Assembly (NCBI GenBank): GCA_963841735.1
Contig: CAWJDT010000004.1
Location: forward strand, 256,001 to 320,000
Length of the DNA stretch: 64,000 bases
DNA from: an uncultured Actinomycetes bacterium
GTDB taxonomy: Bacteria > Actinomycetota > Thermoleophilia > RBG-16-64-13
Direction: 5' to 3'
Part shown: positions 44,108 to 52,836 of the stretch, piece by piece
How the letters are laid out: each line of letters opens with the position of its first letter
How positions within the stretch are numbered: position 1 is the stretch's first letter
Notes under the pieces: model-generated
Database searches by the model: none
Told to the model about the DNA's origin: nothing
What the model saw: only the letters and a program-made list of their open reading frames with translations
Translations under genes and position numbers: made by a program

Positions 44108-45046
44108 TCACCGCGAACTACTCGATGACTCAACCCCACGCCTCGTCGCCTGGGCGAAGCTCTCGCCGGCCTGAAACGAACTCCTCACAAACGGCGCCGC
44201 ATGAACCTGCAGCCCGAGAGCTTCGCCCCACTCCCGGTAGGTCTCGAATACCTCGGGCCGCACGTACTCCACAACCGGCAGATTGCGCCTTGAGGGACGC
44301 AGATACTGGCCTATGGTCACCAGGACCACACCGACACCGGCGATGTCCTGAAGTAGGGCCTTGACTTCGCCGCCCGTCTCACCCAGTCCCACCATGAAAC
44401 CGGTCTTTGTCAGACCGACCGCATGGGAAGCCGCGTAGTCGAGCACCTTCAGTGACCGATCGTACACTGCCTGGGGCCTCACCTCGCCATAGAGACGCGG
44501 CACCGTCTCCACATTGTGGTTGAACACCTCAGGTCTCTCGGCGAGCACCACATCCACGTCTGCAGTGCGGCCCTTGAAGTCGGGCACAAGCACTTCCACC
44601 GTTGTCCCGGGCGCCGACGCGCGGATCGCCCTGATGGTGGCCCCATAGTGCCCGGCACCCCCGTCTGCAAGGTCATCACGGGTCACCGATGTCACCACGG
44701 CATGAGAGAGCCCCAGCCGGGCAACAGCCTCAGCGACACTCCCGGGTTCCGCCAGGTCCACCGGCCCCGGCGTGCCCGTAGTCACTCCACAAAAGCCGCA
44801 GTCTCGTGTGCAGACGTCTCCCAAGATCAAGAATGTAGCCGTTCCTCGGGCGAAGCACTCACCCAAGTTGGGACAGAGAGCGCTCTCGCAGACTGTGTGC
44901 AGGCGTCGCTCCCGCAGCAGTCTCTCCATGCTCTTCAGGCTTGCGGCGTTGGGCAGTCTCTTCTTCAACCACTCCGGCTTGGGACCGGGCGCGCCGGCGG
45001 CAAGACCGCCGGGGGAACCGTCCGCCCCCTCGCCCACGCCGCTCAT
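44108..45046 (-). CDS. lipA: Lipoyl synthase
   Basis: KPEWL, CX4CX5C (CESALCPNLGEC), CX3CX2C, NHNVET and RSS. Confidence 0.95.
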   Translation of the reverse strand: MSGVGEGADGSPGGLAAGAPGPKPEWLKKRLPNAASLKSMERLLRERRLHTVCESALCPNLGECFARGTATFLILGDVCTRDCGFCGVTTGTPGPVDLAEPGSVAEAVARLGLSHAVVTSVTRDDLADGGAGHYGATIRAIRASAPGTTVEVLVPDFKGRTADVDVVLAERPEVFNHNVETVPRLYGEVRPQAVYDRSLKVLDYAASHAVGLTKTGFMVGLGETGGEVKALLQDIAGVGVVLVTIGQYLRPSRRNLPVVEYVRPEVFETYREWGEALGLQVHAAPFVRSSFQAGESFAQATRRGVESSSSSR

Positions 45047-46248
45047 TTGCGGCCGCTTCCCAACTTGCGACAGGCCGCTTCGGTCGCCTGCTGCATCACG
45101 TCCTTAAGAGCAAGGCCGGTCTTCGCGGCCACCGCAGCACAATTTTCATATTCGGGAGCCGCGCTCGTCAGCTCCCCCTCCCAACAGCCCCATTTGACCG
45201 CGACGCTCTCCCCGGCAACGGTGACCTCCACCGAGCCACGCTCGGCCACGTGCCGAGCCACCGCGCATCTACGCACGCCCAGCGTGCCCGTCTGCTCGAA
45301 CAAGATGGCCACCATTCGCGCCTCCGCGTCGACATCCGCCAGGGCGTGCAATACCACCCCCGGGCGGTCCTTCTTCATCTGAGCCGGCACCGCCCATACA
45401 TCCAAGGCGCCCGCACTCCGCAGGAGTCGCATGGCGTGCCCCACGACCTCGCCGCTCACGTCGTCAAGGTTGGTCTGCAATTCGACCACGTGGTCGCCGC
45501 CGCCCTCCCGTTGTGCGGCCTTCCCCAACACTACCCTCACTAGGTTCGGGCCGTGATCCAACTTGAGAGTGCCGGCCCCGTAACCGATCGCCTCCAGTAT
45601 CATGTCCGGCATCCCCACGGCCTGAGCCCTCAGCTCAGCGACCAACAAGGCGCCGGTAGGTGTGGTGAGTTCCCGCGTCTCCGGCCCCGCCTTAATGGCA
45701 TATCCTTCGAGCAGCCGGGCCGTAGCCGGCGCGGGCACACCCATGCGCCCGTGCGCTATGTCCACCGTGCCGCCCCCGACCGGGATAGGACCCACGAATA
45801 CGGAATCTACCCCCAGATAATCCACCAACGCGAACGCGCCGACGATATCCACCAGAGTATCCACCGCCCCGACCTCATGGAAGTGGATCTCTTCAGTGCC
45901 GCAGCCATGAATGGCGGCCTCCGTCTCTGCAAGCCGTTGTACCGCGGCGCTCGCGGCCGTCCTTACCTTGTCCGACAGGCGGGACTCCGCGATCATGCCC
46001 TGCATGTCGGAATGATGACGTAGCGGCTGCTCGCCCCCGTCTTCAACCGCCACCCGCGTACAGGCAATGCCCCACTCGACGTCGCGACTCACCCGCACTA
46101 CGCTCTCGTCAAGACCAAGGGCGTCCACCGCCCTGCGCAACTCTGCTTCTAGACGACCACCCTCCCGGTCGACGTCCAGCAACGCAGCCAGCAGCATATC
46201 CCCGGAGATCCCCGACCATGGGTCGATATAGAGAAGTGGGTGTGCCAT
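45043..46248 (-). CDS. larC: Nickel pincer cofactor biosynthesis protein LarC
   Basis: SGISGDM, IHFHEVGAVD, PVPAPAT, TPTGA, MKKDRPG, TGTLGVR and PEYE. Confidence 0.92.
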   Translation of the reverse strand: MAHPLLYIDPWSGISGDMLLAALLDVDREGGRLEAELRRAVDALGLDESVVRVSRDVEWGIACTRVAVEDGGEQPLRHHSDMQGMIAESRLSDKVRTAASAAVQRLAETEAAIHGCGTEEIHFHEVGAVDTLVDIVGAFALVDYLGVDSVFVGPIPVGGGTVDIAHGRMGVPAPATARLLEGYAIKAGPETRELTTPTGALLVAELRAQAVGMPDMILEAIGYGAGTLKLDHGPNLVRVVLGKAAQREGGGDHVVELQTNLDDVSGEVVGHAMRLLRSAGALDVWAVPAQMKKDRPGVVLHALADVDAEARMVAILFEQTGTLGVRRCAVARHVAERGSVEVTVAGESVAVKWGCWEGELTSAAPEYENCAAVAAKTGLALKDVMQQATEAACRKLGSGRK

Positions 46249-46360
46249 CCGTAGCTCCTTTGCCGCCTTGTGGTTGCATTCTCGCATGCCACCTCATACA
46301 CTGCAGAGCGTACGTTTTGTTCTTGCTCCAACCGGGCAACTCTCGACTACCGGTGAAACA

Positions 46361-46738
46361 GTGACGCAAAGGCGACTCGCTGACTACATAGGACTTGCCG
46401 TCCGCCGACTTCGCTCAGACAGGGATTTCACCCTGCAGGCCCTCGCCGATGAGTCGGGGGTTTCCAAAAGCTATCTTGGCGATATTGAGAAAGGCCGCAA
46501 GAACCCGACCACCGACGTCATCGAAGCCATCGCCGAGGCGCTGGGGGTGCCGGCCCGCGAGCTGCTCTACCATGCGGCACTAGACGAAGACGATCCCTTC
46601 CTGCAGCCAGAACAGCTCATGCTGGAAGAGGTGGTAGAAGACGACGCTGAGACCCGCGAACTCGCCCATCTCGTCAAGCGGATGAGGACAGTCGACCGGC
46701 GCCTGCTGCTAGACGTCGCTCGTCGTATCTCGCACTAG
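46361..46738 (+). CDS. XRE-family HTH transcriptional regulator
   Basis: TLQALADESGVSKSYLGDIEKGRKNPT; divergent from larC; start uncertain. Confidence 0.85.
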   Translation: MTQRRLADYIGLAVRRLRSDRDFTLQALADESGVSKSYLGDIEKGRKNPTTDVIEAIAEALGVPARELLYHAALDEDDPFLQPEQLMLEEVVEDDAETRELAHLVKRMRTVDRRLLLDVARRISH

Positions 46739-46781
46739 GAGCGTCGCGCAGCCGCGCTGGGTCTCCCGGCCCGCACCTCGC

Positions 46782-47156
46782 CTAGTACCTACCCAGTTCC
46801 TCCAAGCGGTCATCATCGATGCCGTAGTAGTGCGCGATCTCGTGGACCACGGTGCGCCTCACCTGGATTGCGATGGCCGCCTCGTCCGGCCCGGCGACCG
46901 CCTCTATGGGCTTCTGATAGATAGTGATGCAGTCGGGCCACAGAACGTGGTCGACGTGCCGATCGGTCATAGGAACCCCGTGATACAGCCCCAACAGACC
47001 ATGCCGGTCCCGCCCACCTAGGCCCACAGCCTCGAGATCTTCGCGCGAAGGCCACTCCACAACGTCCACCTGGACGTTCTCGAGGCGCTCTTTGAACTCG
47101 TCGGGTAGCGATTCCAAAGCCTCTTCCACCAACTTAGAGAAAGCATCAAGCTCCAA
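46782..47156 (-). CDS. Zincin-like metallopeptidase (Zincin_1/DUF1025)
   Basis: LLGLYHG, PDCITIY and HEIAHYYG. Confidence 0.88.
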   Translation of the reverse strand: MELDAFSKLVEEALESLPDEFKERLENVQVDVVEWPSREDLEAVGLGGRDRHGLLGLYHGVPMTDRHVDHVLWPDCITIYQKPIEAVAGPDEAAIAIQVRRTVVHEIAHYYGIDDDRLEELGRY

Positions 47157-47162
47157 CGCGGC

Positions 47163-47792
47163 TCACCGCTCCTCCCCTGACCCCTGAATGCCGGCCACCG
47201 CCGCCAGGAGTGCCCGAGCCGCCTCTCCCCTGTGTGAGACTTGGTCCTTTTCTCCAGGTGTCGCCTCAGCCAGGGTCTTCTCCCACCCGGCCGGCTGAAA
47301 CACCGGATCGTATCCGAATCCGTCCGCGCCGCGGGGAGCCGTGGTGATCATGCCTACGGAGTATCCCTCTACAGCGACTTCGCGCACCGTCTCCTCGCCG
47401 TCGTCGCCCGGCAGCAACAGCACCAGAGAACACACGAACCGGGCTTGCCGGTCGTCAATGCCCCTCATCTCGCCCAGCATCTTGGAGACGTTCTCGGCGT
47501 CGGTCGCTCTCTCGCCTGCAAATCGGGCCGATTGCACCCCCGGCCGTCCCCCAAGCGCGTCGACCACCAGGCCCGAATCGTCTGCCAGCACCGCAGCCCG
47601 CCCTTCCATAACCGCAAACACGGCCAGGGCTTTAAGCCGGGCGTTTTCGTAGAAATCCAGACCAGTCTCTGCCGGCAACGTCACCCCCGCGGGCAGCGCG
47701 CGCACACAGAGGGTAGGGGCAAGCAGGCGCTCGAACTCTCGGGCCTTGCCGGCATTGCTGGTGGCCAGCACGACTCGAAGGGAGTCACTCAC
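47163..47792 (-). CDS. rdgB: Non-canonical purine NTP pyrophosphatase (RdgB/HAM1)
   Basis: ATSNAGK, ADDSGL, PGVQSAR, GFGYDP and SHR. Confidence 0.95.
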   Translation of the reverse strand: MSDSLRVVLATSNAGKAREFERLLAPTLCVRALPAGVTLPAETGLDFYENARLKALAVFAVMEGRAAVLADDSGLVVDALGGRPGVQSARFAGERATDAENVSKMLGEMRGIDDRQARFVCSLVLLLPGDDGEETVREVAVEGYSVGMITTAPRGADGFGYDPVFQPAGWEKTLAEATPGEKDQVSHRGEAARALLAAVAGIQGSGEER

Positions 47793-48556
47793 TTCTTGGC
47801 GACACCCGCCACGCCAACCGCGGCATACGCCCCAGCCACCACTTCCATCTGCGCCGCCTTGATCTGAGCGATCGCCCCCCCAGCCAGATCGAGCAACTGG
47901 TCGAACACATCCCGGTCGAACGGCTCGGCCTCAGCCGCTGCCTGCACTTCGATGAGCCTGCCCTGGCCGGTCATGACCACGTTCATGTCGACGTCGGCCA
48001 CGGAGTCCTCTTGGTACTCCAGGTCGACCACGGGCATCCCGCCCACTACGCCCACACTTACAGCGGCAACTGTGTCTTTCAACGGAAGAGTCCGCAGCGC
48101 GCTCGAATCCACGGCGCGTTTCAGAGCCAGATGAAGGGCCAAGTAGCCGCCACTTACAGCAGCGCACCGCGTACCACCATCGGCCTCTATGACGTCGCAG
48201 TCGACGTAGACTGTGCGCTCACCGAGCGCCGCCAGATCGATCACCCCCCGCAGGGCCCGCCCTATGAACCGCTGGATCTCCACCGTCCTCCCGTCCTGGC
48301 GACCGCGAACGGCCTCCCGCGGGGTGCGATCCCTAGTCGAACTCGGTAACAAGGAATACTCTGCAGTCAACCAGCCTGCGCCGCTGCCTCGCCGCCATGC
48401 GGGAACCCCGTTCACCAACTGCACGCAGCAAAGCACCCTTGTGCCTCCCAATTCCATGAGAACCGAACCGCTCGCGGTGCTCACGAAATCAGGCGTGATC
48501 TTGAGAGGCCGCATCTCAGCGGGCCCCCTACTCCCCGGTCTTTCGCCGCTCGTCAT
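47789..48556 (-). CDS. rph: Ribonuclease PH
   Basis: GWLTAEYSLLP, GRTVEIQR and ADGGTR. Confidence 0.96.
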   Translation of the reverse strand: MTSGERPGSRGPAEMRPLKITPDFVSTASGSVLMELGGTRVLCCVQLVNGVPAWRRGSGAGWLTAEYSLLPSSTRDRTPREAVRGRQDGRTVEIQRFIGRALRGVIDLAALGERTVYVDCDVIEADGGTRCAAVSGGYLALHLALKRAVDSSALRTLPLKDTVAAVSVGVVGGMPVVDLEYQEDSVADVDMNVVMTGQGRLIEVQAAAEAEPFDRDVFDQLLDLAGGAIAQIKAAQMEVVAGAYAAVGVAGVAKK

Positions 48557-49368
48557 ATCCGCACGACCTCTCTGATGGGAAGCTGCAAGAACCGTGCTCC
48601 CACCTCTTTGAACTCCAACAAGTCTCCACTCGCAAAGAAACGATAGTCGCCTTCACGGCCCGGCGCATTCCCGATGCCCCTGCGCTCAAGGATCTCCCCA
48701 ACCTCACGGGCGATCTCTTCCGCCGAGTTGATCAGTGCAACCTGTGGACCGAGAAGCCGGCGCAGCATCGGAGTGATCAAGGGATAATGCGTGCACCCCA
48801 GGATCACCGTGTCCACCCCGGCGGCCTTTAACGGAGTCACGCACTCCCGGGCGGCGCTCTCCGTCTCCTCTGAGAACACGTCGCCCCCTTGGATGAGTGG
48901 CGCAAGCCGCGGACAGGCCACAGAAAAGACTTCCAACCCGGCATCGAGCGACTTCAGCGCGCTCTGATACGAATTCGAGCGGATGGTGGCCTCCGTAGCC
49001 ATGATCCCCACCCGTCTGTGGCGTGTGGCCTGCATCGCCGCCCGCGCACCGGGCATGACCACGCCGACCATAGGCGTGGAGAAGGTCGACTGCAACTGGG
49101 CAAGAGCGGCCGAAGTAGCCGAATTGCAGGCTACTACGATCAACTTGACCCCCAGGTCCACCAGAGACTGCGCGGCCGCTAGAGCAAGCCGGCGGACATC
49201 GTCCAATTCACGTGGGCCGTAGGGAAAGTTGGCTGTATCGCCCAAATAGACAAAGTCCTCGTTGGGCAGGTTGACCAGACACTCGTGCAACACAGTGAGG
49301 CCGCCGACGCCGGAATCGAACACACCTATCGCCCGCGGATCGGCGATATTCTCCTCTGTTTCACTCAT
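48553..49368 (-). CDS. murI: Glutamate racemase
   Basis: FDSGVGG, ACNSAT and LGCTHYP. Confidence 0.96.
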   Translation of the reverse strand: MSETEENIADPRAIGVFDSGVGGLTVLHECLVNLPNEDFVYLGDTANFPYGPRELDDVRRLALAAAQSLVDLGVKLIVVACNSATSAALAQLQSTFSTPMVGVVMPGARAAMQATRHRRVGIMATEATIRSNSYQSALKSLDAGLEVFSVACPRLAPLIQGGDVFSEETESAARECVTPLKAAGVDTVILGCTHYPLITPMLRRLLGPQVALINSAEEIAREVGEILERRGIGNAPGREGDYRFFASGDLLEFKEVGARFLQLPIREVVRI

Positions 49369-50293
49369 CGTGCTGTGATTCTACCAGGTCCCCCGTACGC
49401 CCTTTTCTAGCTACCAGTGCCCTATGCACCGCGGCATTGATCTCTCCTCCCGCCAGCACCACGAGGGCGATAAGAAAGGCCCAGAAGAGAAGCACGATCA
49501 CCGTGCCGATAGCACCGTAGGTCAGCCAGCGCACCTGCCACATGCCCTGACTGACAAACCAAGAAAGTGCCATCGATGCTCCAATGATGCCCGCTACCGA
49601 AAACAAGGCACCAGGCACCACCGTATACCAGTGCTGCCGCCTACTGGGAGCCAAGTAGAGAAAGAGCCCTAGGGCCCCCACCAGGAGGACGAAAACCACG
49701 GGCCAGCGCAACCCCACCCAAAGACTGTGCCAGCCTGAGTCAAACCCCGCCTCCTCTCCAATGCGGTCGCCCACCCACGATCCGAAGACAAGGAGAAATA
49801 CCCCCGCCGGGATCACCACGGCCCCCGCAAGCGACCAGACGATCGCCATGAACCGTCGTTTCTGCCAGGAACGGGTTTCCTCCAGGCCGTAGGCCCGGTT
49901 GACCGCCTTGAGCAAGACCATGATCGCGCTAGACGCGCTCCACAAGGTCAGCACAACACCCAAGGACAACAAGGTGACGTTGAGCGCGCCGGCCTCGTTT
50001 AGCACGTCTTGCTTTACGATCTCATACAGACGGCTGTCGGTGTTGACGACACCCGCCAGGCCCCCCAAGAGCCAGTGACCCACGCTTTCTTGCCCCCCAG
50101 GCACGAAGGAGACGACAGCATTCACGATGAGCAAGAAGGGGAAGAGACTGAACAGCACGCTGTAGGCGACCTGCGCTGATAGACCGAGACAGTCGTGATA
50201 GTAGAGTCCGCCGACGACTCCTTTGGCCCCGGAAACGAGCCCCCGGCCTAAGTCGACAAGCTTGCTCCGCACAAGCCGCTGGCTACTCCGCAT
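49361..50293 (-). CDS. YihY/virulence factor BrkB-family membrane protein
   Basis: SLFPFL, LWSAS...NRAY, PGA and YGAIG...LFW...GGEINA. Confidence 0.88.
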   Translation of the reverse strand: MRSSQRLVRSKLVDLGRGLVSGAKGVVGGLYYHDCLGLSAQVAYSVLFSLFPFLLIVNAVVSFVPGGQESVGHWLLGGLAGVVNTDSRLYEIVKQDVLNEAGALNVTLLSLGVVLTLWSASSAIMVLLKAVNRAYGLEETRSWQKRRFMAIVWSLAGAVVIPAGVFLLVFGSWVGDRIGEEAGFDSGWHSLWVGLRWPVVFVLLVGALGLFLYLAPSRRQHWYTVVPGALFSVAGIIGASMALSWFVSQGMWQVRWLTYGAIGTVIVLLFWAFLIALVVLAGGEINAAVHRALVARKGRTGDLVESQHDE

Positions 50294-50588
50294 GAACCCC
50301 TGTGCCGGCCCGCCGACAAGTGTAGCTGGGTACTATGGTGTTCAGACGAGACACAAAGCCACGCTCCATCAGAAGGCGCAGAGTCTCATGAATGGGTGCG
50401 CTCGACGGAAATCTCGCTTCCAGCTGGCCAACGGTCAAACCGGTACCGACCTGGCGGAGGTATTCCAGCACTTCAAGCTCGACAGCGCTCAAGTCGGGTA
50501 GGGGCTTGACGCGAGGACCCTTCGCTACACTCCCCCGCGTCTCCGACCCACGTCCAGGCTCAACCTGCCGGCCTATCCCAGGCTTCAT
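50283..50588 (-). CDS. Small hypothetical protein, winged-helix-like
   Basis: SD GGAGG; LSAVELEVLEYL...LTVGQL...LRLLMERGFV pattern; overlaps the yihY start. Confidence 0.55.
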   Translation of the reverse strand: MKPGIGRQVEPGRGSETRGSVAKGPRVKPLPDLSAVELEVLEYLRQVGTGLTVGQLEARFPSSAPIHETLRLLMERGFVSRLNTIVPSYTCRRAGTGVHAE

Positions 50589-50661
50589 GCAGACCTCCTT
50601 TCCTGTGGTGCGTCGCGAGGCGGCCGAGCCGCATTGGCAGTATGCCCCCGCTATTGTCACA

Positions 50662-51969
50662 CTAAACGTCCGAGACCGGTAGGATGTTGCCGTCGGCAGC
50701 GCTCTCCTCCTTCTCCCTGCGCCGAGCTGCGAGCTCATCCTTGTCTGAGCCACGGAACAGGAACAGGGAGATGATTATCATAACCGCCGCCACCACCCAG
50801 ATCATGCCGTACTCCCTCCCCGCATACCCGTATTTCGTGAAGTAGGGAGTCGCCACATCAATGGCCACGCCTACTATCAACGGGGCAATGATGTTAGCCA
50901 ATCCCCTCATCATCGAGAACATCCCTGTGTACTGACCGATATACCCCTTGGGCATCAACCGGATCAGGATCGCATATGGCAACGTAAGCGCTATCGATCC
51001 GCCCAGTCCGAATAGTGGTAGGCCGATAAACGCCCATTTGATGTTGGGCATGAAAGCCCCTAGCACACACCCACCTAGGTACACGTAGAGGCCGATACGC
51101 ATTATCCTGGTCCGGCCCAATCTGTCGGCCAAGTAGCCCCCCAGCAGGCCCGCGACCACGTACGTTACTCCGACGAGGCTCATAAGCAGAGGCCAAACTT
51201 GGGCGGACGCTCCAAGGGATTGCTCGAAGTACTTAAGGATGAACGGACGCAGTCCGGCCAAGGTGGATTCCCACAGGAACACCGCTATCATGAACGGCCA
51301 TATCCCCTTGTCGCGCCCCATAAGCTTGAACACTCGCACCACGTCAGTCCACACATGCTGACTTGGCGGGAGGCTGGACCGATCGGGCTCGGGCTCCTTG
51401 ATCCTTGTGACGGTCACATATGTGACCACCATGATCATGACGCCGCACAAGATGAACGGTAGGGGCCGCCACTGCGCGAACAGCGACCCGAAAACGGCTA
51501 TGGCCAAGAACATGCCTCCGCCTCGCATGAGCGCCTGATAGCCCTGTACCTTGCCATGGTTGCCGGCGGGTGTGACGTCAGGCAGAAGGGCCTGATACGG
51601 CGTCGAATAGAAGTGGTAGGCAGCGAAGAACATGAAGATCGATACTGCGATGGGTACGACTCCCGGCTGGAAGGGCGCCAGTATCAAGGCCGCCGCCATG
51701 AAAGGCCCCGCAAAGATCATGAAAGGTCTGCGACGCCCCCACCGCTTCGTCCACATGCGTTCGCTGAGAACTCCCACCCAGATGGGGATGAGTGACGAGA
51801 AGATGCCCTCCCCGCCTATAACGAAGCCGACCAGGGTATTGGAGTCCGTATATAGAAACAGGATCTGCGGAAGATATGTGGTCACCAGAGTGAGGGCTGC
51901 CGAGAACCCCAGCGTCGGAAGCGTCAGCACGAGCATCGTGCGGACGCTCATCTTCTCGCCGCTAGTCAC
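50662..51969 (-). CDS. MFS transporter (GPH/maltose-like)
   Basis: WGRRRPF, PYQALLPD and GYLADRLGR; about 12 TM segments. Confidence 0.88.
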   Translation of the reverse strand: MTSGEKMSVRTMLVLTLPTLGFSAALTLVTTYLPQILFLYTDSNTLVGFVIGGEGIFSSLIPIWVGVLSERMWTKRWGRRRPFMIFAGPFMAAALILAPFQPGVVPIAVSIFMFFAAYHFYSTPYQALLPDVTPAGNHGKVQGYQALMRGGGMFLAIAVFGSLFAQWRPLPFILCGVMIMVVTYVTVTRIKEPEPDRSSLPPSQHVWTDVVRVFKLMGRDKGIWPFMIAVFLWESTLAGLRPFILKYFEQSLGASAQVWPLLMSLVGVTYVVAGLLGGYLADRLGRTRIMRIGLYVYLGGCVLGAFMPNIKWAFIGLPLFGLGGSIALTLPYAILIRLMPKGYIGQYTGMFSMMRGLANIIAPLIVGVAIDVATPYFTKYGYAGREYGMIWVVAAVMIIISLFLFRGSDKDELAARRREKEESAADGNILPVSDV

Positions 51970-52075
51970 TCCAGCACATCCCCGGGTACCCTCCCACTGT
52001 GAATCGTCCTCGAGTGCGCCCGGGGACCAGGGCGATTCTACCAAGGCGCGTCACACATAGAAATGCCGAGGTCCA

Positions 52076-52117
52076 GAAAAGCGGAGCGGCAGCGGCCTAC
52101 GGGCCGCTGCCGCTCCG
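52076..52117 (-). terminator. Intrinsic terminator after sod
   Basis: 16-bp stem CGGAGCGGCAGCGGCC/GGCCGCTGCCGCTCCG with a 4-nt loop, then CTTTTCT on the minus strand. Confidence 0.82.
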
Positions 52118-52167
52118 GCGCGTGACTCTCTGGGGCGACGGCCGCGGTGGCCGCCCCCCTCAGTCTC

Positions 52168-52755
52168 CTATTTCGCCGCCTGATAGTTGCCGGCTACAAA
52201 ATCCCAGTCGACCAGATTCTGAAGCAACGCCTCCACGTATTTCTGGCGCGCATTCCGGTAGTCGATGTAGTAGGCGTGCTCCCATACGTCTACTGTCAGC
52301 AGCGCGGTCTGACCGTGCTTCAAAGGTAGGTCGGCGTTGGCGGTCTTCACGATCTGCAGAATGTCTCCCTCCTTCACAAGCCATGCCCATCCCGATCCGA
52401 ACTGGGTGAGGGCCGCCTGGCCAAGCTCCTTGGCGAAGCCGTCGTATGACCCAAAAGCAGCGTCAATGGCCACGGCTAGGCCACCTGCCGGCCTGCCGCC
52501 CCCACCTGGCTTCATGCACTTCCAGTAGAAGCTGTGATTCCACACCTGAGCCGCGTTGTTGAATAGGCCCCCGTCGGCGGTCATGATGACCTCCTCAAGG
52601 CTGGCGTTGTCCAGGCCGGCGTCGGCGGTCAGGTTGTTGAGGTTGGCGACATATGCGGCGTGATGCTTGCTGTAGTGGTACTCAAGAGTCTCCTCGGACA
52701 GATACGGCGCCAAAGCACCCTTGTCATAAGGAAGATCAGGTAGTGTGAACGGCAT
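52168..52755 (-). CDS. sodB: Superoxide dismutase, Fe-type
   Basis: HYSKHH, NNAAQVWNH (Fe-type AAQ), FGSGWAW and DVWEHAYY. Confidence 0.93.
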   Translation of the reverse strand: MPFTLPDLPYDKGALAPYLSEETLEYHYSKHHAAYVANLNNLTADAGLDNASLEEVIMTADGGLFNNAAQVWNHSFYWKCMKPGGGGRPAGGLAVAIDAAFGSYDGFAKELGQAALTQFGSGWAWLVKEGDILQIVKTANADLPLKHGQTALLTVDVWEHAYYIDYRNARQKYVEALLQNLVDWDFVAGNYQAAK

Positions 52756-52836
52756 CTTATCGGCCTCCTCGCATCTCACTTGCTTGTGACAGGCTCCTAC
52801 CCCGGGGCGCCGCCGGTCCAAACCTCTCGCTCCGCC

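Noticed and set aside
46361-47156. XRE plus HExxH peptidase as an ImmR/ImmA or toxin-antitoxin pair
   Set aside because: The genes are convergent, and the peptidase is a Zincin_1 type ending the rph-rdgB operon, not IrrE-like.
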